Source of the DNA: Stegostoma tigrinum
Taxonomy: Eukaryota
Assembly: GCF_030684315.1 (NCBI RefSeq)
Contig: NC_081371.1
Location: 27,709,440-27,773,439, forward strand
DNA: 64,000 nt
Reading direction: 5' to 3'
Part shown: positions 1 to 11,852 of the stretch, one piece after another
Layout: the number at the start of each line of letters is the position of its first letter
Position numbering within the stretch: position 1 is the first letter of the stretch
Made by a program: the position numbers and the translations under genes
The notes under the pieces: model-generated
Databases searched by the model: none
Told to the model about the DNA's origin: nothing
Seen by the model: the letters and a program-made list of their open reading frames with translations, nothing else

Positions 1-1154
1 TTATTAAACACAAGTTAGAGGGGGCTGGAATGCACTGAAAGTATGATGAAAGTAAATTCATCCTCCTTGCCTGGAACTGGAAACTTATCTTAGAAAAAGT
101 ATATATTTGGAGGAACCTAGCACAAGTAACACTACCTCCCACACTAGAATGGACAAGATCACAACTCCTTCCAACCAGGCGGTCCAGCTGAAACTAGATT
201 TCAACAACAAAAGTACAGTCCTGCTTACTGACAACTAGGATCTGGCTAAAGTCAAAATACAACCAGGGAAACTAGGTCTAGTCAAAGAAAAGAAAATGCA
301 AATATATGCAAAAAAAAACTTTAAAAAGGTTAAGTGTGAATACATCTAGTTCAAAATGAATTAGATCTTCCCATTCTAAAGGCTTAAATTAGCCAAACTG
401 AAAGAACATGAACAATGGTTTTCAACAAGGTTAAACATTCACTCAAGTTCAAAAAATAGCCATTTAACAGAAACACATTTAGGGTTTGACTCAACAAATC
501 ATACTTGAATGACCATTTTGTGCACTGAATTATACAACTTAAAAACAGACTACAAACAAGGGGCAGTGAAATCCTGCAAGGAGACGTACAATGTTTTAAC
601 TTTATTCATAAATACAGAATGCTTCTGGTTGAATTACGTTGATAACGAATAAGGACATTTTAAATAATAAACAGGAAATGTTGTTGATTTAGTAGCATCG
701 AAAGAATAACTATTTTAACATTTTTGTTTGATTTATTGGTACTCGCAACCCAAATCATTACCACCAGACAAACTGATATGAAACGCTAACAAAGTTTCTG
801 AAATTTCGTAATACTGTGCATGCAGAAAGTAGAAGTCCTTTTCCATCACAATCCAAGAAAAAGGATAATTTCATAAGTTTTTAAGTCTTACATCCGAACC
901 AGATTTATATGAAAAGAGTCTCTAACTCCCTTTAACTTCACCATCCTGCAGGTTTAAAAACCAACCACTGGTGGACACAAACTGGGAAACGATTTGAGAT
1001 TATGGTATTCCATTCGCCGCTCCCTTTTTCCCGCAAATCCAATGCAATTCTGGAAAGGGGTTAACACTCAAAACGCAGTAGTGTGTTACGTTAATAATTC
1101 TCCTTCATCTTTTCCCGCAGCTCCGGCCAACATGTCACCAAGACCCTTACTTAC

Positions 1155-1187
1155 CTGTTTCTGCACATCTGCGTCGCTCAGCGCCAT
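1155..1187 (-). CDS. ATP6V1E1: V-type proton ATPase subunit E1, first coding exon (gene continues left of the window)
   Basis: The minus strand reads ATG GCG CTG AGC GAC GCA GAT GTG CAG AAA CAG|gtaagt = MALSDADVQKQ, the known vertebrate ATP6V1E1 N-terminus, with a consensus donor. Synteny with BCL2L13 and BID matches mammals. Confidence 0.95.
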
Positions 1188-1189
1188 TA

Positions 1190-2100
1190 TCGTCGGAGGT
1201 TTGCCTGCTTCCGAGCGAGAAACCACAAAAATCAAACCCTACAGAGGGCAGGGAAGCAGAAACTCGTAGTAGGCGTTCGTACTCCTCGAAGCTTGTCGGG
1301 GAGAGGCCTCTAATAATCGTCCCGTTAGAGGGATGAAAGGACACTGCGCCGCAAAAGGATGAAAACTCAGCTGACAGCTAGGCAGCAACAGACAACAGCA
1401 AACCCCTGTAGCTGTACGCAGTCAGCTGACGCAGTGAAGGGGGTGGGGTGGTAGGGACGGGAGGTGATCCGCCCATACGCAGTCACGTTCCCTCTCCCCG
1501 CCCCCGTGACCGCGGCAGCTCATCACTCCGCGCAATCTACTGAGCGTCTGCTTGATCCTGTCAACACGCAGGCGCGCAGCTGGGCTCCCTTCGCGTGTGT
1601 TGTCTGTTAAATCACTGACCCAATTCAGAAACCATCTCCGCGTAATGACATCCAGGGCTCACGGCATGCTGGGAGTTCAGGACCACAAACGGATATTTTG
1701 CCAACAAAGATTTTTAAAAACGCATGTTTACCCATCGAAAACATTCTTTACTTGTTTGTATTGACGACCATTTGAGTCGCAGTACTTAAAACATCGCGTT
1801 TCAACCGCGGCTTTATTATATTTGACCTTTGACCCCGGGGTTTCCGTCAGCTACGGCTCGGGGAGGCAAAGTTGGATTTTTATGCTTTCTTTTCTCATTT
1901 GGCGAATCAGCTACTTTTTTTAATGAGAATTTTTCGAAGGCAGGATACCAGGGGCGGAGACCTTCGAGTCCTGGCGGTTTATTTAAATGTTAAAAATTGT
2001 GCCCTTTGACACTTTGCCCCCTCCCTTCCCGTGTTGTGGAAGAGGGTGGAGTTTTCTCCTCACTTTGCCCCGTAAAGATGGTGCGCGTCTAAATAAGGAA
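1190..2100. promoter_or_regulatory. CpG-rich bidirectional promoter region between ATP6V1E1 and BCL2L13
   Basis: Local CpG/GC enrichment in AT-rich surroundings, GC boxes (ccgccc ~1469, ccccgccccc ~1496) and a palindromic GTCAGCTGAC at 1421-1430, located between two divergent genes. Transcription start sites and the BCL2L13 non-coding exon 1 cannot be fixed from sequence alone. Confidence 0.75.
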
Positions 2101-3059
2101 CTTGTCCTGGAGTTGCAGCTGCAGTGGCTTGTCCCGTTTCAAAACACGCTAAGTCTGACCAGTTAGTGTTTTGAAAACAAAATGTTAAGGGAGAATGAAA
2201 AGGCGGTTAGGTTAAAATAAACGACACGTGTTGGTTGCATGAGTTGATATTTAATTGAGTATTATAAGTAGAGAAACGATGTGTGAAATGAAGAGATTGA
2301 TTGGTGCCTTTTTGTTTACGAAATTTGTGCATTTTATGTTCTTGTATTTTTGAGTTGGGGGTGTGACTTGGGATCTAGTGGGTCAGTATTTAAAACGTAT
2401 AATTCTAGCGTTATTTATGATGCCGCGGTGTATTCTTCAGTTCATGTCAATGATATTGAGCAAATGACTCAAGTTCATAACTGATGTAGGAGTTATTATT
2501 TTAGTATAATTGTCCCTGCTTATAATAGCGCAAGATGGACTGGCATTAGGATTCACGTCGTTAATGACCTCTTTCAGCTGATGCCAGACTTTGTGCACAT
2601 GGGCATTTGGTGGGGTCGTTGAACAAAGGACATATTGACTTTGTTCTATTCTGCGGGTTGCTTCCCTTAAAGCAACATATTGAATTATTGCGAGTATTTA
2701 TTTGGGCATACTCCAATGAATTCGAATTTTAATGTTGAACCCGTTTGCCGTTTGGGTATACTTAGCGCTATAGAAAAGCGTTCTGAAGCTTTCAAGGTAG
2801 TTACTTTTTTCTCCCCCCAAAACATTTTCTTTGGAAATATCAGTTTAAATTTATTGCCAAGTACATGACTTTGAGTAATGTGGTTAAGTTAGTGCTGGCT
2901 AAAACTTAAATTTCAGTTTTTGAACTGCTGGTTCTGTACATCTGGTTTTAATCGTTACGAGAAATGTTTTTATTGTTGTGTAATTCTACGCTGTACCCCA
3001 ACCTGCGTTTGTATCATTATCTAGTTATATCTTTTGAACGCGATCGAGACGACGTGAAA

Positions 3060-3165
3060 ATGGCTACAGCCATACCAGAAGGATTTCATTATGAGACCAG
3101 ATATGTTGTTTTGAATTACTTGGGGCTGATTTCACAAGAAAAGACTCCAAAACAAACAGGGGAAG
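3060..3165 (+). CDS. BCL2L13: Bcl-2-like protein 13 (Bcl-rambo), coding exon 1
   Basis: Encodes MATAIPEGFHYETRYVVLNYLGLISQEKTPKQTGE, matching the BCL2L13 N-terminal GFHYETxYVVLxYLGL motif. Candidate acceptor ctag at 3021-3024; donor G|gtaat (phase 1). Confidence 0.95.
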
Positions 3166-3861
3166 GTAATTTCAGCACTGTAATACTTAAAGGTGATATA
3201 TATTTAAACCATTACTTTAACATCTTGTGTGGACTAAATTTGTATATCACTTTTTTAAAGAAAAGTTGGCTAAATGACATAGTTACAAGAGCAGTAGATC
3301 AGCATGCTACATCCTCAAATATGTTTGACAAGTTTTACGGTCTTTTGAATATTAAAAGTACAAAATTTTAATTGTTTGCTTTTGCACTTGAAACAGAGGT
3401 TAAATGCATTTACAAATAAAAGTAATTTTGGGCTCCATTTTGTTATCTTGATAATCTATCAAAATAGACTTTGGAAAATAAACTTCATGGGTTTTTGTTT
3501 TGTAGTCATGCAAAACTTGTCATTTCACTTCTGCATGGTTTGATTATGAATTCTGACAAGATGTCACAGGCTATCAGTATAAAGAGCAGTGCTTTGGAAA
3601 TGGAATTCTATCGCTAGATAGAAAATATTTCATGTTTTTACAAGCTTTTAACGTAATCTAACTGGACAGGAATGCTAAAACAATGACTTAAGTTGGAGGA
3701 ATTTCTGCAATTTTTAAAAAAACTCTTAAATGGCTTTATTAGGCTTTCAATATTCTTATCAATACAGTAATCAATAAATTCAGTTTTGGCGTAAAACTGA
3801 TTTGCTATGACTAGTGATCTGCTATGAATTTGCTGAAACAAAATGACCTTTTTTAAAACAG

Positions 3862-3966
3862 GGATACAATCAAAAGAAAGGCCTTCTCTGCAAAGGAATA
3901 TAGCTGAGAAAATTAAGACTGAAATTGAAGAAGAACTCCATCTCCTGCATAATGACATCAATAAAG
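3862..3966 (+). CDS. BCL2L13: BCL2L13 coding exon 2
   Basis: acag|GG...AAAG|gttagt, 105 nt, phase 1-1. Encodes GIQSKERPSLQRNIAEKIKTEIEEELHLLHNDINK (human has KVKTEIEEELK). Confidence 0.92.
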
Positions 3967-5187
3967 GTTAGTTCAAATCTTAAATGCAAAACTTGCTGAA
4001 AGGGTCTCGCTATTGATAAGCTTTACTTCATTAGAATATAAGAAATAGGAGGCTGTATGTAATTGGCCCTTAAAGCTTGCTATGCTGTTCGAACAAGATT
4101 ACGGTCGATCTTTTCTTGTGGTAGGTCGGCATAGCTGTCAGCTCCCTGATAGAATTTAGAACTTGGTATATCTTCTTTAAATACTTCCATTGATCTAGGT
4201 TTCTCAACTGGTGGCATAGAGAATTCCAAGCATTCGAGGGGGTGGAAAATGATGCATTGGATTTTAGCCATCTTATATTCCAGTTTGTGGGAAATTTTTA
4301 ACTTATTAACTGAGCAGGTGAAGTTAACAATTTGTGATCCATGAACATTGTAGGGATGGCTGAGCATGTTCTTCAGTACTTCGTTATCCTGCAAGACTTT
4401 TATGTTCTACTGGTAATAGAGCAAAGAGTACTTCTAGGTGGCTGCTAGTGGACATGATGAAAAGCTCACATGCAAGTTTTTTTTTCACATCAATCTATTT
4501 ATGCTTGTGGTTTATAAAAATGGTTTATACTTTTGTAACAGCAGTCTGATTTGTTCTACTGTATTGTGAAATTTTAAATTTTATTTGTTCTGACAGTATA
4601 GATTTTTGGAATGAAGCATTGTGTATCAATTTTGAATTTTTAAATGTTTTTATTGTGAAATTGCACTTAAATTTATATCAAGTAATTTGCTTTTTTTCTT
4701 AAAGTTGTGCTGAATTTTTGCTTCCTTGGTCCCAATCCTGAAGATTGGGTCAGAAACCCTGAAGATTTCAGGATGGATCAATTAAGGGAAAAAATGGCTT
4801 GACTTGTCTGGTTAAGGTGGGGAGTAGCCTGCAGTGGGAGGACCAATGGTTTTGACAGCTAACTGCTGCTTGGATAAACGGGGGCTCTATTGCTCTGGAT
4901 AGGGGATTTTTAGGATACTTCAAAATGAGACTCTCAGCTGAAGGTTGGTATATGGAACAAAATATTCATAGAGGATGGCCTGCAGCCATTGGTTCTATAC
5001 TGGGCTACTTTGTAGTATGAACGGTTGATGTCTCCAGCCTGCCACTGGGAGATTGTTACTATTTCATCCATGACTTCAACCACCTTTTAGGAGCCTGTTC
5101 AGTGTCTTAAATCAGCCTGTGAAGGTTTTCCCAAGTTAAGGTTTTAATTGGAAATGTGTTGTTGGCACATTTGGAAGCCATTTCTCC

Positions 5188-6387
5188 TTTGAGAACGTGA
5201 CCAAACAGGTAGATGAGAGTAAACCGTTTGTGGTGTATATGGATTTCAGCAAGGCGTTCGATAAGGTTCCCCACAATAGGCTATTGTACAAAATGCGGAG
5301 GAATGGAATTGTGGGAGATATAGCAGTTTGGACCGGAAATTGGCTTGCTGAAAGAAGACAGAGGGTGGTAGTTGATGGGAAATGTTCATCCTGGAGACCA
5401 GTTACTAATGGTGTACCGCAACGGTCGGTGTTGGGTCCAGTGCTGTTTGTCATTTTCATAAATGGATGAGGGCATAGAAGGATGGGTTAGTAAATTTGCA
5501 GACAACACTAAGGTCAGTGGAGTTGTGGATAGTGACAAAGGATGCTGTAGGTTGCAGAGAGACATAGATAGGCTGCAGAGGTGGGCTGAGAGGTGACAAG
5601 TGGAGTTTAATGCAGACAAGTGTGAGGTGATGCACTTTGATAGGAGTAACCAGAAGGTAAAGTACAGGGCTACTGGTAAGATTCTTACTAGGGAATATGA
5701 GGAGAGAGATCTCGGCATCTATGTACACAGATCCTTGAAAGTTGCCACCCAGGTTCACAGGGCTGTTAAGAAGGCATACAGTGTTTTAGCTTTTATTAAT
5801 AGAGGGATCGAGTTCCGGAACCAAGAGGTTATGGTGAAGCTGTTCAAAACTCTGGTGCGGCCGCGCTTGGAGTATTGCGTACAGTTCTGGTCACCGCATT
5901 GTAAGAAGGATGTGGAAGCTTTGGAAAGGGTGCAGAGGAGATTTACTAGATGTTGCCTGGTATGGAGGGAAGGTCTTAAAAGGAAAGGCTGAGGGACTTG
6001 AGGCTCTTTTTCATTAGAGAGAAGAAGGTTGAGAGGTGACTTAATTGAGACATATAAAATAATCAGAGGGTTAGATGGGGTGGATAGGGAGAGCCTTTTT
6101 CCTAGGATGGTGATGGAGAGCCCGAGGGGGCATAGCTTTAAATTGAGGGGTGAAAGATATAGGACAGATGTCAGAGGTAGTTTCTTTACTCAGAGAGTTG
6201 TAAGGGAATGGAACGCTTTGCCTGCAATGGTAGTAGATTCACCAACTTTAGGTACATTTAAGTCGTCATTGGATAAGCACATGGACGTACATGGAATAGT
6301 GTAGGTTAGATGGGCTTGAGATTGGTATGACAGGTCGGCATTGAGGGCCGAAGGGCCTGTACTGTGCTGTAATGTTCTATGTTCTAA
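5188..6387 (+). mobile_element. 5'-truncated CR1-clade LINE (RT C-terminal part + 3' tail), relatively young
   Basis: Frameshifted ORFs encode [48 protein letters not shown] and RGDLIETYKI. The element ends in a tgttcta tandem tail. Confidence 0.93.
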
Positions 6388-6489
6388 GTCGGTGAGGGGG
6401 TGGGTTGTGGGGGACGATGCTTGCTGGGGACAAAAAGGAAGTCTTACCTATCAATAATTCTGATTTCTTATGATTGATTCTTGTTACAT

Positions 6490-6840
6490 GCTTGGTGTGT
6501 ATGTGGGATGTGGCATCACTGGCTAGACCAGCATTTTATTGCCTGTTCCTAACTGTCTAGAGGGCAGTTGTGAGTCAACTGTTTTGCTGTGGGCCTGTTC
6601 TTGCATATAGGCCACACCAGGTAAAGGTGGAATATTTTCTTGCCTGAAGGACTTCAGTAAAACAGATGGGTTTGATGACAATTGACAGCAGTTACGTGTT
6701 TGCCATTAGACCACTTTCTATTCCAGATCTTTATTAAATTCAAACTTCATCTGCTAAAATACAAATCAAATCTATGTCCCCAGAACAATGGCCTGGGATT
6801 GTATTGTTACTCTGATGACATTGGTACTGTACCAGCATCT
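6490..6840 (-). mobile_element. tRNA-derived SINE, same family as 55300-55650
   Basis: Reverse-complement similarity to the copy at 55300-55650 (gcatcactggctagaccagcatttatt...gggcagttg...ccacaccaggtaaagg). Confidence 0.7.
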
Positions 6841-7584
6841 CCTCATAATATTGATTCTGTTATTAAAAAATAGCAATTTAACCTTGGTTGAATTTTTAAA
6901 AATCCAAATTTTAAATATAACCTGGAGTATTATGGTGATCCACATTCTGTATTCCACCCTGTTTTTAGAATTATTTCCTGTGCTTAACGCTGTAGAATGT
7001 ATATGCATTTCTAGAGAAGCTCTTTATGGAGCAGAATTAAATGTGTATTTTTGCAATGGATGGAGTAGAGCACTAAAAGGCTGGGGTCAGATCAGTAGAA
7101 AGGGCATACCTGTTCTTAATTCTGTTTTCCATTCATTCTTGTGTAATGTTGACTTGTTGAAATTTTTGTCCAACAAAGTACCAAGTCTGTGTGTAATGCA
7201 GGTTGTTATTTTATTTGTTTAACATTTAAAGTTGAGGATCAATTTGCAGAGCTTAATAGTACAAAATACCGATGAAGGAAAATGATACTGTCGCAGTTGG
7301 GAATGTGATGTGCCATTGTGGTGTCGTAAATCCAAAGACGAGTCCTTGGACTTAATGTTAACACTTGACCTTTTTTCACTGCCAACATTCCTGCTGTGTT
7401 TCTTCAGCACTATATTTTTATTTCAGATCTTCAGCATCTGTAGTACTTTGCTTTTATTGCACTGTAGTGAACTTAACACCATATTTATGTTTCCAGTTCT
7501 TAGAATAGGAGTTCTATTTGGTTAAATAAATTTTGTTCTAAACCTCTTTCATTTCCTCCTCTTTTCTTGTCTTTTTCATTTTAG

Positions 7585-7741
7585 ACTTTAACAGTACAGG
7601 ATTTGACTGCCACTCATCTCCAGTATTTAGTCCAGCAAATCCAGCAATTTCAATAGAAGACTGCCTGGCTCAACTTGGAGAAAAAGTATTCCGGGAGTTT
7701 GCTGTGCAACTGCAGACAGCACTACAAAATATTCTGAGCAA
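7585..7741 (+). CDS. BCL2L13: BCL2L13 coding exon 3 (BH3-like region)
   Basis: Polypyrimidine tract plus ttag acceptor, AA|gtgag donor, 157 nt. Encodes DFNSTGFDCHSSPVFSPANPAISIEDCLAQLGEKVFREFAVQLQTALQNILSK. Confidence 0.95.
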
Positions 7742-7879
7742 GTGAGCTATGCAGTTGTTGAATGTAATATTGGTAAAATTCTTACTAAATGGAAAGTCCA
7801 GAATAACATTCCGGATGCCACAACAACCGCACTTCTTTTTGATTTCTCAGCATGATAGATAAGTAATCAATCTATAATA

Positions 7880-8660
7880 ATAGAACAAAGAAGAATACAA
7901 CACAGGAACAGGCCCTTTGGCCCTCCAAGACTGCACTGATACATTTTGGCCTTCCATATGAAAACTGCCTTCACTTAGGATCCTACTTCCTCTCTTCCCT
8001 TTTATTCACTTATTCATTTATTCACCCAGGTGCTTCCTGAATGCTGCAATTGTGTTTGCATCTACCACCACCTCTGCCAGTGCATTCCAGGCACTCACCA
8101 TCCTTTTTGTGTGAAAAATGTGCCTCACACCTCGAACCTATATCTCCTAGTAATTGCCCCCACCTGCGGAGGGGGGGAAGCATCATACTTTCCACTCTAT
8201 CCATGCCATTCAAAATCTTTTAAACTTCTATCAGGTTGCCCCTCAAACTCGTGTGTTCCAGTGAAAACAAACCCACTCTATTCAACCGTACTTCATAGCT
8301 AAAATCCCTCATACCAAGTGACATCTCAGCAAACCTTTTCTGTACCCTTTCCAAAGCATCTACATCCTTGTGGAAGTGTGGTAACCAGAGCCATACACAA
8401 TTGTCCAAGTGTGGCCTAACTCAAGTTCTGTAAAGCTGTAATATAAACTTGTCTATCCTTCTACTCAGTGCCCCTTCCAATATAGGCAAGCATGACCTTT
8501 TTTCCTACCTTTTATCTACTTGCACTGCCACCTTCAATGGCCCTTGGAACCCATACACCCAGATCTCTCTGCATTTCAATATTCCTAAGTGTTCTGCCAT
8601 TCGCTATATAACTTCCACTGAATTGACCTTCCAAAATGCATCACCTCACATTTGTCCCAT
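7880..8660 (-). mobile_element. CR1 LINE 3' fragment
   Basis: Minus-strand ORF remnant CVWLWLPHFHKDVDALERVQKRF...GLFSLE..LRGNLIEV plus a CR1-type tail. Confidence 0.85.
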
Positions 8661-9849
8661 AATATGTCAACATCAGTGGTGTGAACACTAATTCTGCTGA
8701 CTTGGCCCTTCTTTGGCATCACTTAACAGTTTAGTTTGTTACACGTGAAGCTGTATGATGTTGCTGTATAAGTTGCCTTTCTACTTTTTTTTTAAAATTC
8801 ACCAACTTCATATCTGTATCGGCCCCCCCGTGAGACTTGTGTGACCATGATTTTGTTAATGTGGGACAGGCTGAGTGGAAGATGGTACCTGGCAGAGTCC
8901 TGTCTGATTCTGTCATTCTCTCAACGGTACCACATTTGAAACTTAACATTCTGAAAACCTAATAATCAAAACACAATTTGGCAAGTAACAAAATGCCCTT
9001 GAAAGAGTCTGTGCTGCAAAAATCATATTCCTTAAAGTAAGCTTACTGTTCAAATTAAAATGTTGGACCCAATTTACTGCATCCCCTGTGGTATGCACTG
9101 GCCAGTCAAGGTCTCAAGCATACTGTTAAACACACTTGTTCCCCTCCAGGGTATCCAGCACTATGGGATTAGCTTAAAATGGCATCATGGTCAGCACAGA
9201 AATGCTGGGCTGAAGGTCCTGTTCCTTTGCGATGCTGTTCTACGTTCATTTAATACTCTGGTTTCTTTGAACCAATTGTGGCCATGAAATCCTCTCCGAG
9301 CTTGGTCGGTACCACTTTTTGAGTTCTTTCTCAGCTGGTCTGTACTTGCCACTTTGCTGAATTGGCATGACTAATACTGGAAAAGCAAGTGGTTTCTCTG
9401 TTGCAACTCCATTCCTCCCATATAATATGCTTGCAAGCAAATTTTTTATTTTTTTTTGGAAAGCCAAAGTCAAAACTCTTTCCATTATCCGTTCATGTTG
9501 AACAAAGATTTTTTTCCCTCATCTACCAATCATAAATCTGTACCATCCATTTCCAATGCCTTCAAGGATTGATGCAACTGACAACTTCTGCTCTGACATT
9601 TCTCCTTCAGCATTTGAAGGGCAGACTGCCCTCACCTGATTCTTAGCTAAGCAGTGTTATCTGTGATAGCTACCCTGTCCACTCCCAAACCTCTTTCTCT
9701 GAAGCCCACAAAAGATTGATTTCATTGCCAAGAGGTAACATCTAGAAGAAATGTCAGGTTCCACATGTACATTTGCAGAATACATGGGATATGTGGCATG
9801 GAAACTGGCCAGTTGCCCTAACCAGTTCTTGGAAGTGTTCATGCTTCAC

Positions 9850-10870
9850 TTGAACAACGTACTATGTTTCTGAATTTACTTTAGATTCCCCATCTTGTGC
9901 ATCTAGTCTCTTGTCCCTCGTATGCTTGTCTAGCCTCTGTTTGAATACATCTGTTCATCTCAGCCACTCTGTGGTAGCAATTCCATTGTCATGCCATACT
10001 TGGTAAAGAAGTTCCTTCTGAATTTCTTATTGGATTTTTTGATAATTGCCAAATATTGATTGTCTCTGTCTCTGTTTATGTATTTTCCCAAAGTAGTGAA
10101 TACAGAGAAAACGCTGCCTATCAAAATCTCACTTGTCAAGAAGAGATCCAGCATGTCAATATTTTATGTACACCCACACAATTGTATGATCACTGTAAAC
10201 TTCTCCCTCTCTGCCTTTTTATTTATATATTGTGGTGACTAGAACTGCGTGCAGTTCTTGAGTGGCGTGAACCAGTTTTTGGCATACCTTTGCTACTTTT
10301 TGACTTTGTACTTCTAAACTAAAGCCTACTGCTTGGTGTGCTTTGCTTTTCTGACTGTGATAACCTGTTTTGCAACTTTGTGTTTGTACTCATCCCTTTG
10401 TTTCTATACCTTGCCTCCTTGCACCTTCAATTCTACCTGACCTCCCTATTCTTTCCAAACTTGTTACCTTTATGATTGTCTGTTTTCTACTTAATTTGCC
10501 AATTGTTTGCTCAATCTGCATGAAATTATTTACCATCCATCTCTGTTGATTGGGCCCTGCACGAATCTGTGATTCCAGTGTCCAATGTAGATTGAAAACA
10601 AGTGGTTCCAACACCACTTGCAAACTTTTTAATGCGAAGTAACAATCCTATACTGCCATGCTGCTCTCTAGCTTGAATGTAAATTACAATTCATCCTGTC
10701 ACTTGTAGCATGGCTTCATGTTCTCTAATCTTTATTCACTTATGTACTGTTAGTACCTTTTTCAAAGGCCTTTTGAAAATCCAGATAAACTGCATTTGGC
10801 AAAGTATCGTATGAATGCCATCACTGGTGGCTCAAAGCCCAGAAAGTTAACATAATTCTTGAGCAATAGG
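9850..10870 (-). mobile_element. Old, decayed CR1 LINE fragment
   Basis: Remnants of DFQKAF (ccttttgaaaatccag) and RRNFFT on the minus strand. Confidence 0.6.
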
Positions 10871-11782
10871 AATCTGCTATTTGGGTATAAAATAAAGTTC
10901 CTTGTACATAGTTCTTGTTTTCTCCTGACAGTGTACCTCTCACTCACAGGCAAAACTGTATCGAGTATGGATCTCCCCACTCCAAATAATTATTTCTGTC
11001 TGTCAGTTTGTGTGATTCTTTTAACATGCCTTTATGTATATTTGAGGTGATGTTTGTTTTTTTTTAATGGCATGGTTTTTTTAATAATGCTGTATTATAA
11101 CTCCTTTTTGAAGTCTCGCCCGATTATATATCCAAACAGTGATTGATTGATACAGCTCATCAACACCCAAGGGTTTATTCTAACTGCTGGTTCAGTGGCT
11201 GTCTGCCAAGGAGTGGAACTTCTAAATTGTCCTATGTGTCCCTTTTTAAAATTTCTACTTTTCAGTGTTGGCTGATTTTTTTTTTATTCTTGGGTTTGAT
11301 AATGATGATTCTGACAACACTTTTTTTTCCATCAAATTTTATTTGTGACCCTGTGAAAGTGGTCAAATCTATGAAGCTAAATTTAGCAAAAAAAATTGCC
11401 TCCATCCTGAGGTGGTGAGAACGCAATCTCTACAATAGAATGAATTGGATATTTTACATTTCTTTAAGCAATTTTTTAAGTAGAAAAATATTACATGCAG
11501 AATTATTTTGAAGAGGGATGACTGAAGGTTTGATGAGGTGAATTTTAAGAGGCATAATGAGGTTTAAAAGCATTAGTCAGCAGTAAATGCTGTTTTTTTT
11601 TAAGACTTGCATGATCCACTTGAATATTGTTCTGTCGACACGCTTCATTGCACGTCAAACCTTTTCACTTCAATTTATTCTTCCCTCTTTTTTTTCCCTT
11701 TTTGTTATGGATATTTCATTTGAAGTGTTGTAACAATTTATATGGTGTTCAAGCTTGGTATCATTCTCTTATAATTCTATAG

Positions 11783-11852
11783 GCCGCTGGAATATGAAGT
11801 ATACAAAGAACAAGCAAATAGTGTTGCCAGCCACACCAGTGGGTGGAACAAG
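11783..11852 (+). CDS. BCL2L13: BCL2L13 coding exon 4 (BH1 N-terminal half, SGWNK)
   Basis: atag|G...AAG|gtaagc, 70 nt. Encodes PLEYEVYKEQANSVASHTSGWNK; phases are compatible with both neighbours. Confidence 0.95.

Noticed and set aside
994-1344. ORFs 994-1269 (+) and 1147-1344 (-)
   Set aside because: They overlap the real 33-nt ATP6V1E1 exon and its 5' UTR in the wrong strand or frame, and encode nothing recognisable.
2964-3371. 135-aa ORF as a complete gene
   Set aside because: Only 3060-3165 is BCL2L13 exon; the rest is read-through into flanking intron.
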